Position numbers and translations under genes: made by a program. A DNA stretch of 63,208 bases, counting the filler, from Octopus bimaculoides (lineage: Eukaryota): the NCBI RefSeq assembly GCF_001194135.2. It is 9 parts of 8 records of this genome, joined end to end, with 100 filler letters (N's around TTAATTAATTAA, not from the genome) between each part and the next. Parts side by side here need not be neighbours in the genome. Positions count along the whole stretch, not along the records: positions 1 to 9,980 come from NC_068982.1; positions 10,081 to 28,057 come from NC_069003.1; 7 more parts are not named here. One strand, written 5' to 3'. Positions within the stretch are counted from its first letter, which is position 1. The number at the start of each line of letters is the position of its first letter. The notes under the pieces were generated by a model, which searched no databases, was not told where the DNA came from, and was given only the letters and a program-made list of their open reading frames with translations. Below, one piece after another: positions 1-10,770 of the stretch.

Positions 1-422
1 TATATATATGTGTATGTTAATATCAAAAGATGGATTAATGGTCCTTCTTGAATCATAGGTTCATAAGGCTGGTTTCCCAGATTCTGAGATGTTTATATTT
101 CCCCCACCTCACCATGGGCAGAATGCTGGTTTGTCGCAGAATTACTAATTTTTGCCAGCAGAATGGACTGGAGCAATGTAGAATGAAGTGTTTTGTTCAA
201 GAACACAACACATCACCCAACCTGGAATCGGAACCACAATCTTATGATCATGAGTGCAACACCCTAATAACTAAGCCATGCCCCTCCACTATATGCATAT
301 ATCTATCCACACACACACACACATGCATGCACACACACATGCACACAAATACATACGTGTTTGCACATGTGTGTCTCTGTGCATGTATGTGCCTGCATGT
401 GTGTATGTTTGTTTGTGTGTTA

Positions 423-652
423 TTTCTTTACTACCCACAAGGGGCTATACACAGACGGGACAAACAAGGACAGACAATTGGATTAAGCCGATTATATCGA
501 TCCCAGTTCATAACTGGTACTTATTTAATCGACCCCGAAACGATGAAAGGCAAAGTCGACCTCAGCGGAATTTGAACTCAGAACGTAGCTACAGATAAAA
601 TACTGCTAAGCATTTCGCCCGGTGTGCTAACATTTCTGCCAGCTCGCCACCT

Positions 653-653
<1 letters not shown>
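423..653 (-). mobile_element. tRNA-derived SINE family A (central GCCTTTCATC.TT.CGGGGTCGAT..AATAAGTACCAG domain)
   Basis: Pol III A/B-box-like head (GAGTTCAAATTCC) plus a conserved central domain. Other copies: about 1870-2045(-), 8464-8695(-), 11187-11345(-), 11620-11740(+), 25220-25355(-), 26727-26843(-), 35902-36118(+), 36136-36332(+), 43670-43800(+), 45320-45440(+), 45490-45700(-), 57850-57925(-). Confidence 0.85.
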
Positions 654-686
<33 letters not shown>

Positions 687-1629
687 TTAAGAGTTGCTGT
701 TCACTATTCACTCACATACACATACACTCTCATATATGCGTTCATTCATGAAACTTAAATGCTGTCTGTTTTTCTTGACTAATTTTGGCTCAGAACAGTT
801 TTTACCTTATCACTTATCACATGACCCAATTGACTTATCAGTAGTGCCAATCCTCTCTGGTCACACGACCCCTTCACATGGACATCAGAAAGAACACGAT
901 ACACTGACAATCAGATGAGCATGTCATTGGACATCACTACAATACTTCGCTCTTGAACATCACTTGACTACTTCACATCATTCAACTCATGCCACATCTT
1001 CACAATGCAAAGCCTGCTTTTCAGTAGATATAAAAGGAAATTGATCTTCCTCTCTTCAGTAGAGATACAAATATTCTCAAGTGCTAGATGAAAAGCTCTT
1101 CAATTTAATTACATAAATATTCTACTTTATTTTACTTTATTTCATTTCATTCCATTTCTGTTCATTTTCTTGGAAATTTTGAAGACTTTTTCTGCCTGTA
1201 TATAAATAAAGAAACAATTCATTCATTTCTTCTGACTAACCTTATTGCTATAACGAATATATATATATATATATATATATGCCAGTACCACCAGACTGGC
1301 ATGTAAAAGCACCCACTACACTCTCGGAGTGGTTGGCGTTAGGAAGGGCATCCAGCTGTAGAAACTCTGCCAGATCAGATTGGAGCCTGGTGCAGCCATC
1401 CGGTTCGCCAGTCCTCAGTCAAATTGTCCAACCCATGTTAGCATGGAAAGCGGACGTTAAACGATGATGATGATGATATATATGTATATATACAAAATTT
1501 GGGGGTTTACTTCACAGCTGATCTAAATGATTAGGTATGCTAGGTAAGTAGTATAACGGATTACTAGGACTCCAAGGTTATAGCTGAGATGGTAGTTATG
1601 GAATCATTGCAGATTTCCAATATAGAGGA

Positions 1630-1785
1630 TATATAATTGTTAAAGAGGACAACAAATGTTAAGGCAAGGCAAACATCTCAACTCATATACATTTTGAATT
1701 TTTGCTTTTTCTAATAATACTAATGTATATGACTTGAGATGTTTGCCTTGACTTAACATTTGTTGTCCTCTTTAACAATTATATA
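1630..1785. repeat. near-perfect foldback inverted repeat (about 64-bp arms, 28-nt spacer)
   Basis: TATATAATTGTTAAAGAGGACAACAAATGTTAAGGCAAGGCAAACATCTCAACTCATATACATT versus the reverse complement of 1722-1785: two mismatches seen. Confidence 0.9.
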
Positions 1786-1827
1786 TATATAACTGATGAT
1801 ACACGCGCGCGCGCGCGCACGCACATA

Positions 1828-1863
<36 letters not shown>

Positions 1864-2147
1864 TATTCCTACAGTTTTGTGGGTGGAAGTTCATTGATTT
1901 CATCAGTCCTAGTGCTCAGCTAGTGTTTATTGCATTGACCCTAAAAGAAGGAAAAGCAAAGTCAGCCTTAGCAGAATTTGAACTCTGAATGGAGAAATTG
2001 TTACAAAGCATTTTATCCAACATGCTAACAATTTTGCTAGCTCACAGTAAATATATATATATATATGTGTGTGTGTGTTAGAAGAAACTATACTGTGATA
2101 GATACTATGTGAGAAACTCTAATATATATATATATAATTTCCCCAAA

Positions 2148-2190
2148 GACACCTGAAGGAGGCTGGAGGGTATATCAGCCAAAACGTGTT
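2148..2190 (+). ncRNA. decayed minimal hammerhead ribozyme (PLE-type)
   Basis: GACAC-CTGAAGGA-GGCTG(gagggtatat)CAGCC-AAAAC-GTGTT. Stems I and II are intact, but the core has A9>G and GAAA>AAAA (consistent with CpG decay), and stem III is shortened. Probably inactive. Confidence 0.5.
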
Positions 2191-2269
2191 AGCAACAAAC
2201 AAGATGAGGACAAATATCCGTCGAATGTAAATAATGTAAATAATGTATCATTAATTTAATTGAAGTGAT

Positions 2270-3560
2270 GCCTGCAGACTCAAAAACATCTGTGTCTGGA
2301 GTAAACAAAGCCCCATTTAATGTTTAGAATGTAGCGAAGGCATTTTTGGTGGAATCGTTCCAACAATTTGAAATGTCTTTCATAACACGTCCATGTTTCA
2401 GAAGTATGCAATTTGTAAAAAGCCAATTTTGTGTTGTTATTTATATGTCATTGACACCAAACACATAACTCCAAACCACCAAATGCTTGTGCTGCCCTTT
2501 GAATTCACAAATGTATTTCTGTGTCCAGAGTTTCATCATTTTGTACAGAGCTACCGAGATAGATGAAAGAGTCAACAACCTCAAGTAACTTACCCTTAAC
2601 GAAAATTTTAGTGGTTGATACATTACAGCTGTTCTTTTTAATTTGATGGTCACACCAAATTCATCACAAGTTGAGTCAAATGCAGATACAAGAGATTGCA
2701 GGCCCGTTTCAGAGTGACTGACTAGATTGCAATAGTCAGCTTATAAGAGTTCCCTAATGAATGAAGTAAAAACCTTTGTTTTGAATTTCAATCTGGTCAG
2801 ATTAAAAACATTCCCTGTTGTTCAATATTTTATGTAAATACCCTCCTCAGAGTTTTGAAAAGCATGTGACAACACAACAGCAAAGTATATTGCAAAGAAG
2901 GTGAGTGCATCAAGGTCTCCTTGCTTTACTCCATTTTCCATAGCAAAAAATTCAGAGAGCCTACCACAAAAATTAACTCTAGCCTTCATATCTTGATGCA
3001 AAGCCCTGGGCATGTTTACATATTTTTCTAGGCAACCTATTTTCCTTAGAATTAGCCACAGAGCATTTCGATTAACAGTATCAAATGCCTTACTTAAATC
3101 AACAAAGAAATGGTAAAGGGCAAGATTCTAATCAATGCATTTTTCCTGAAATTATCTGATAGTAAAGATGCAATCAGCTGTGTCCCTGGAGGAGTGAAAA
3201 CCACATTGAGACTCAGACACTATATTTGGAACTATGAAAGTATTTAAACATTCTAACAGAATGCGAGCAAGTACCTTTCTAACTTCAGACAAAAGTGAAA
3301 TCCCATGAGAATCACCACACAGATACTTTGGTCCCAATTTAAGTAAGGAGACTAAAATGGCATCAATCCAGTCTTGTGGCACTTCCTCAGTTCTCCAACA
3401 GTAACAAATTAATATATTTAAGAGTTCAAACATTTTGTCACCCCCATATTTCAAGACCTCTGCACAGATTCCATCAGACCCTGGAGACTTATTGTTATTC
3501 AGCTTATTCACAGCTAAATAAATGTCATTTAGAGTTGGTTCAAATACAATCTCCTCTATA
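2270..3560 (-). mobile_element. RTE-clade LINE reverse transcriptase fragment (pseudogenised)
   Basis: ORF pieces KSPGSDGI.AEVLKYGG..VPQDWIDAILVSL..GISLL..SESQCGF; NGVKQGD; FNL.RLK.KTKV..IRELL.AD; CLRYILNIKW. These are RTE RT motifs broken by stops and frameshifts. Confidence 0.9.
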
Positions 3561-3589
3561 ACTGGAAATTAGACATAGCTTTCTTTTTC

Positions 3590-3771
3590 TTTTACTTGTT
3601 TCAGTCATTTGATTGCAGCCATGCTGGAGCACTGCCTTTAGTTGAGCAAATTGACTCCAGGATTTATTCTATTGGTCTCTTTGGTGAACTGCTAAGTTAC
3701 TGGGACATAAACACACCAGCATTGGTTGTGAAGCAAAGGTGGTGGTGGTGGGCAAACACAGACACACAAAC

Positions 3772-3841
<70 letters not shown>

Positions 3842-3960
3842 GACAGGCTTCTTTCAGTTTTCATCTACCAAAGCCACTCACAAAGCTTTGGTCAGCCCAA
3901 GGTTATAGTAGATGACACTCACCCAAACTATGTGATTGGTAAGCAAGCTACTTACCATGT
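3590..3960 (-). mobile_element. tRNA-derived SINE family B (CORE-like, with an internal (TA)n/(TG)n microsatellite)
   Basis: Head TGGTAAG.AGCTTGCTT.CCAACCACATGGTTCCGGGTTCAGTCCC, a CORE-like CCTTGGGCAAGTGTCTT in better copies, and a tail CAGCATGGCCGCAGTCAAATGACTGAAACAAGTAAAAGA. Other copies or halves: about 5975-6130, 7175-7330, 9700-9980, 13540-13655, 16940-17110, 21610-21675, 27651-27815, 34660-35000, 47330-47475, 58715-58856, 58975-59050. Confidence 0.85.
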
Positions 3961-4488
3961 TTTTTTTTGTCTTTTTAGAAATCCAAGCAAGGATACTGGC
4001 CTTTGAAAACATGCAAAAAGGAAAAGTGATGTTGGTCTTTGAGGAAACATGAGAAAAGGACAAGAGGTAGGTAAAAGAAGAATTGAAATGAGAAGAAATT
4101 AAATTAAGAGAGGCATCGCTTTAGCCTCCTCCAAACCAAATTTATATGGTTAGTGTATTCAATAGCTAAATATAAATACCTCATGATTCCATTTAATCAT
4201 AGCAGTACTAATAACCAGTTGTTAGAATCCAATATAATTATATTTCACAGTATTAGTAAGGTCCAGGAGACACTTCATTAAAATGGCTCTGAACAAGCCA
4301 TAAGATATTACATTGACATTCAACTTTTACAGAAACAGCTGTAAGCTAATGAAAAGGATTAGTCAATTCCTGTTCTTTTACCAACCATTCATTAATTAAT
4401 ATATGTGTTGATATATATACATGTGTATGTGTGTGTGCTTGTATGTAATGTATATATATATACACATGTAAATGTGTCTACATTTAAA

Positions 4489-4551
<63 letters not shown>

Positions 4552-4553
4552 GC

Positions 4554-4616
<63 letters not shown>

Positions 4617-6242
4617 TACATAACTATATCAATTCTTTATCTAGTTATACATGTTCGTTATTGGAATCTGGGAAGTGTATGACCTATTTTTCCTTCCTGT
4701 TTCAAACTAATTCACTTCACTTTTACTGCTGATGCCCTTGAGAAAACCTTCAGCTAACAACATTACATTTTTCCTGCTCTGTAAATTTGAAGCTTGGTTT
4801 CTGATCAAAAGAAATCATTATTTTAGCTGACATTTTGCAACTAATTAAACTATGAATATTCTACTAATAGCAGTCTCTCCAGGTATATTATGAAACTTTG
4901 GAATTTTATGCGGTTGTTGATGTTGTTGCATTAACCAATAGGAAAGTAGTTTTCATGTTGTTTGATTAAATCAGTTATTTTAAAAAATAGAAAAAATTTT
5001 TTCCAAAATTCAATTTGTATCCAATTTATTCTTGTGCTACAAACTAATAAAACACTTGTTGATTCTAATGTCCTGCCAGAGCTACAGATATAAACTCTCC
5101 CTTGCTTTGAGTTCTTGTCTTTGAGATGGTAGTTGTGCTAGTTGTGCTAGTGGTGGTTGTGGGCGGCAAGATGTTGGCATTAGTGACAGAATGTTGATGG
5201 TTAATGGTGGCCATGGTGTTAGTGGTGATCTTGGTGATGATGGTAACGTTGTTGGTGGTGGTGGTGGTGATCTGGATAGTAGTGGTGCTGTCAGTGGTGG
5301 TGAGAGTCATGGTGAGAGTGGCAACGGTGTGGCAATGACCGTATTGGTGGTGGTGGTGGTAGTAGTAGTAGTAGTAGTGGTAATCACAGTGGTGTTGATG
5401 GTCATGCTGAGGTAGAAGTGGTGTTGGTGATGGTGATGGTGATGGTGGAGGTGGTGGTGGTAGTGATGGCTGCTGTGGTAGCAGCAGTGGTATTAGTGTT
5501 GAAGAAAAGGTTGGTGTAGATCCACTTTCTAACAAGTTGGATCCTGTCGGCTGTCAAGTCATCCTTAGTCTTATTCCATCCTAATTGTTATCAATCATGT
5601 GGCCTTAGTTCAGTTTCTCCTCCAGTTTTAGCTGATTTCTGGTCCTTAGACATAGCAGCTTGTGTAACCCTGCTGGTAGACAAACCTTACACCCTGAGTC
5701 TTCAAATCAGAATGAGCAGATGGATGGATGGATGGATGGATGGATGGAAGGAAGGATGGATGGAGGAATGGATGGGTGGATGGATGGTTGACACTTTTTT
5801 GATGATAAGGACTCACTTGGTCAATCATCTGAGTTATCTGCTCCTGAATTAACATGCAAGTGGCTGAGAATTCCAAAGGCATGTACACCTGTAATGTAAT
5901 TCTCAGGAGAAATTGACATGACAGAGTATGTGTAATGAGGTTTTATCTATGAATTACACATACAATTGATCTGACAGGCTTCTACACGGTTTCCATTTAC
6001 CTAGTTTAACTCATTAAGTACTGGTGGATCCAAGGCTATAGAAATTTATATTTGTCCCATATGCCATATAGTGGGATTGAACCCACAGACCTGATGGTTC
6101 TGAAGTGAACTTTGTAGCCAGTCAGCCATACAGTATCTACAAGTGAATCTACGTCTTGATGAGTATCTTAAGGTCAGTAATTCTGGCTACAGTACAGTTA
6201 TGATCTCTTATGTTTAGTCTTTTCTTTTTTTGAAATTAGCAT

Positions 6243-6636
6243 AGACACGAAACTCAGCTTGAGAAGACCTGTTGGGGCAAGCGAAAGTGAAATCGTGATG
6301 GCACCTGTGCCCAGCATCGCCTTCCTGGCACTCGTGCCAGTGGCACGTGTAAAGACATTCGAGTGAGATCATTGCCAGTGCCGCTGGACTGGCTCCTGTG
6401 CAGGTGACACATAAAACACATCATTTTGAGCATGGCCGTTGCCAGTACCGCCTGACTGACCTTCGTACCGGTGGCACATAAAAGCACCCACTACACTCTC
6501 TGAGTGGTTGGCGTTAGGAAGGGCATCCAGCCGTAGAAACTCTGCCAAATCAGATTGGAGCCTGGTGTAGCCATCTGGTTTCACCAGTCCTCAGTCAAAT
6601 CGTCCAACCCATGCTAGCATGGAAAGCGGACGTTAA

Positions 6637-6679
<43 letters not shown>
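6243..6679 (+). mobile_element. short retroposon family C with an RTE-like 3' end and (GAT)n tail
   Basis: GGTTGGCGTTAGGAAGGGCATCCAGC...GCATGGAAAGCGGACGTTAAA(TGA)n; a second copy lies at 1281-1477. Confidence 0.8.
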
Positions 6680-7025
6680 CCAACATTACGTGTGGATGGA
6701 TGGAGTGATGAAAGCTTTGGCGGATAGAGATGTTGGAGTGAGAGAGGCAAGAGAATTTATAAATGATAGGAATGCTTGGAGAGTGTTTGTGGATGGATGA
6801 GTGAAATTTGATGTTGCTCAAAAGGGTGCGGAACCAGCATGGCGTGGCAGGGGTAAACCAGCATATACTGTCAGGCCCCACTGCTGATATTGGGAGTTGC
6901 ATTCTATGCCTTGACCCAAGCACAGAATGGGGCTTGCCTCTTTGAGTTGGGAAATGAATGGAATGCCTGGCGTGTGTCTTATTGAGGCTACCCGCTCCTA
7001 AAAATAATGGGGAATAGGCCTGGGT
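6680..7025 (+). mobile_element. RTE LINE 3' end
   Basis: ..WMDGVMKALADRDVGVREAREFINDRNAWRVFVDG* resembles the RTE C-terminus; it is followed by a 3' UTR ending in a (TA)n tract. Confidence 0.65.
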
Positions 7026-7080
<55 letters not shown>

Positions 7081-7094
7081 CAGGCCTATTCCCC
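7009..7094. repeat. palindrome at an RTE 3' end
   Basis: GGGGAATAGGCCTGGGTATA-(TA)n-TATACCCAGGCCTATTCCCC. Confidence 0.9.
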
Positions 7095-8059
7095 TATATG
7101 TATATATATATATATATGTGGTGTGTGTGTGTATGTGTGTGTGTGTGTTTACATTCATACTCGCACACATACACACACGATGGGCTTCTTTCAGTTTCCA
7201 TCTACTAAATCCACCCTCAAAGCTTGGGTTGGCTTAGAGCTATACTAGAAAACATTTTTCATGGTGACATGTAATGGGACTGAACCCACAACCATGTGGT
7301 TGGAAAGCAAACCTCTTAATCACACAGCCACATATAACATCATCATCATTACTGTTTCTGAATCATAGGACCTTACGCCAGATTCTTCATAAAAAAATAA
7401 AATGAAATAAGACAATCTGCCTTGAGTTTACAGGTACATAAAGCTTAAGTTTAAATGGATATTCAAGGTATTTAGGCTGAAAGTACAAGCTCCCTACTCT
7501 CTCCTTAAGTTGGATATTAGTCCATCACAGTTAACCCCTAGATGTCACTGGTACTCATTTACAACTGATTATATTAGAGCAACATATCGCCTAGTCCAAG
7601 AATTGAACTCATTACCTAATGATCAAGATCCCAAAATCCTAAATACTTTGTCATGTACATTCTTCACTGAAAATATAAACCTATACAAAAAAAGGCATAT
7701 TGACCCCTTCAGCAATAAAGCATTCTTGTTACCAATGGAGATAATGCAGAAAGGATCCAGATGTTATTCTTCGTTACCATACCAAACGTTCCATGTTAAA
7801 AAGGAACATTTGTAAAAATTTTCATCTACAGAAAAATGACTTTAAAATTTCTTTGTAAAAATTCCTTTTCTTTCTGTCTCCCTTCACGTTGTTATCTCAT
7901 TGTCAAAAGCAATTACATTTGAACAGTTAAATGTGACATGCTATTAAAAGTATTCACAGCTTAAGAGAACATGAAAGTGTTATCCACGTTTGTGCTAAAT
8001 ATCTCACTAACATGATGGTATAAAAATTATTTGACGAATTGTAAACTGTACGTTAAAAC

Positions 8060-8260
8060 ATGTAGCTGCTTGTTTGGTGCAAATGAACGTCAGAATACAA
8101 GGGAGCTGAGAGAAAAACTGGGAACAAGACAGATGGTAAATGGTATGTAGTGTGCATGAGAAAAGACTGAACTGGTGTGGACATGTAATGTATTTTAGAA
8201 GAAGTGGTGCCAAGTGAAGCAAGAGGAAGGATCCTGAAGGAGAGAAGGACTGAGAAAGAT
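8060..8260 (+). mobile_element. RTE LINE C-terminal fragment
   Basis: Degenerate RELREKLG...VHEKRLNWCGHVM (compare RRLRW.GHV.R). Confidence 0.6.
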
Positions 8261-8414
8261 ATGGAGAGAAGTGGCAAAAACAGATCTCAAGAGGCTAAAC
8301 CCAATGAAGGAGACAACAAAGGACTGCAACAACAACCAGATATTGAGCTGGAGAAGCCCATAGGACTATTGTCTTTGCTCATGGCAAAGGGGTTCTCTCT
8401 CTCTCTCTCTCTCA

Positions 8415-8446
<32 letters not shown>

Positions 8447-8694
8447 ATCTATCTGTCTATCTTATTTCTTTACTGCCCACAAGGGGCTACACACAGAGGA
8501 GACAAACAAGGACAGACAAACGGAATAAGTCAATTATATTGACCCCAGTGCATAACTGGTACTTATTTAATTGACCCCGAAAGGATGAAAGGCAAAGTCG
8601 ACCTTGGCAGAATTTGAACTCAGAACGTAGCAACAGACGAAATACCGCTAAGCATTTTGCCCGGCGTGCTAACGTTTCTGCCAGCTTGCCACCT

Positions 8695-8736
<42 letters not shown>

Positions 8737-8939
8737 CCTCCTCCTCTCTCTCTTTCTTTCTCAAAGACAAGTGCAGCTTGTCTGATGTTTGTGTACAAAG
8801 TGTGACATTGTATGACAGTAAACCCATGCTTGCATTCAACCCATGCTTGCATGGAAAGGACAATCGTTCTAATTAGCAAGAGAGAGAGAGAGAGAGAGCA
8901 CAGAACTCAGCTGTCAACTGGGAAATAACCATCTCAGTG

Positions 8940-9470
8940 TATAGAAACAATGTGGGTAGGAATTCTATTCTGTGGTACTCAATGCAAACAATGAATGTAC
9001 AAGAGTTGCAGAGGGATCACAGACAGATTGGCTGTGCAGAAATACTTCCTGTGTAGCAAATTCATAGGGGTTATTAGCAATGAAAGACCCCATGAAATTA
9101 AGTCTTTTAAATATGTGCAGGGCTTTTTTTGTAGTTGATAACTGCTGTTAACCCCAGCAATGTAACCAGTAGGGAAGGTGACTGTTCATAAAATGTGGCA
9201 GTTAGTGTACGAATGGGGTGGAAAATATTCAGAGAACTATTACTTTTACTGGTAACAAAGGGATTTTCTCTTTCTCTTTAAGAGAAGCACAGATTGTCTG
9301 ATAGTTGTGTACAACGTATGACATTGTATGGTAGTAAAACAAGGCATTGAATGTGAAGGATGTGCAAAAGCTGGAAAGAAATTTAGCAAACATGCTCTGC
9401 TGGATGTGTAATGCTAGTGGGCATGAACAATGAAGCACAACGAAGCACAAATAAGACAAAACGGATAACT
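8940..9470 (+). mobile_element. RTE LINE fragment including the Cys-rich insert
   Basis: NSILC..QCKQ.MYK.C.GI..RL....F.CSK (Cys-rich insert); ..RMGWKIFRELL..LVTKGFSL; LYGS...LNVKDVQKLERN...ML.WMCN. All degenerate. Confidence 0.65.
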
Positions 9471-9548
9471 GGGTACCAGAATAATCAGCCACAGTCGTAG
9501 CCATTACAGATATGTTATGCATATAGGGATGATGACAATGATGATGAC

Positions 9549-9597
<49 letters not shown>

Positions 9598-9936
9598 TTT
9601 ATGATGACGATGATGATGATATACATACACACTTACACCTACACATATATAAGTATATGTGTAGGTGTGTGTGTGTGTGTATGCCTATATATATTCTTTT
9701 ATTCTTTTATTCTTTTACTTGTTTCAGTTATTTGACTTCGGCCATGCCGGAGCACTGCCTTTTAGTTCGAAGAAATCGACCCCTGGACTTATTCTTTGTG
9801 AGCCTGGTACTTATTCTATCCGTCTCTTTCGCCGAACCGCTAAGTTACGGGGATGTAAACACACCAACATCGGTTGTCAAGCGATGGTGGGGGACAAACA
9901 CAGACACAAACACACAAATACACACACATATACACA

Positions 9937-9980
<44 letters not shown>

Positions 9981-10024
9981 NNNNNNNNNNNNNNNNNNNN
10001 NNNNNNNNNNNNNNNNNNNNNNNN

Positions 10025-10036
10025 TTAATTAATTAA
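10025..10036. other. artificial scaffold gap spacer TTAATTAATTAA inside 100-bp N gaps
   Basis: The identical 12-mer (stops in all six frames) is centred in N runs at 10025, 28102, 36643, 43238, 54446, 57570, 58901 and 61835. It is an assembly placeholder. Confidence 0.97.
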
Positions 10037-10209
10037 NNNNNNNNNNNNNNNNNNNNNNNNNNNNNNNNNNNNNNNNNNNNAGTTATGTTCTTGCAGTTTT
10101 ATTTTATGGGTTTTGTTTCTCTCCCTCTCTGACACTACCTCGGCTTTTTATCTGCTTTTATAACTATATGTGTGTGTGTGTCTCTCTCTCACTCTCTATA
10201 TATATATAG

Positions 10210-10263
<54 letters not shown>

Positions 10264-10337
10264 TGAAAGAGAGATAGAGACAGAGGCAGGTACGTAAATT
10301 GATAGAGATTTATATACACATATATACATATATAAAT

Positions 10338-10373
<36 letters not shown>

Positions 10374-10536
10374 GTATACATATATTTACACACACACACA
10401 GACACACACACACACACATATGTATATTTCTGAGATGAGTCAGGATCACTTTTTTGTTTTGTTTTGTTTTGTTTTTGTATTTCACTTCATCCACCCAACA
10501 TTCTATGCTTCCCTTTTAATTTTTGGTCTTTCTGCT

Positions 10537-10585
<49 letters not shown>

Positions 10586-10669
10586 NNNNNNNNNNNNNNN
10601 NNNNNNNNNNNNNNNNNNNNNNNNNNNNNNNNNNNNNNNNNNNNNNNNNNNNNNNNNNNNACCTGAATA

Positions 10670-10770
<101 letters not shown>

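Noticed and set aside
800-910. Possible minus-strand exon (..YRVLSDVHVKGSCDQRGLALLISQLGHVISDK|gtaaaa)
   Set aside because: Weak acceptor with no pyrimidine tract and no protein family I recognise. It would need RNA-seq or BLASTX support.
4240-4890. Candidate microexons (acag|TATTA|gtaag at about 4250, acag|AAACAGCT|gtaag at about 4333, tag|CAGTCTCTCCAG|gtat at about 4870)
   Set aside because: Such short AG..GT pairs are expected by chance in AT-rich DNA, and there is no supporting context.
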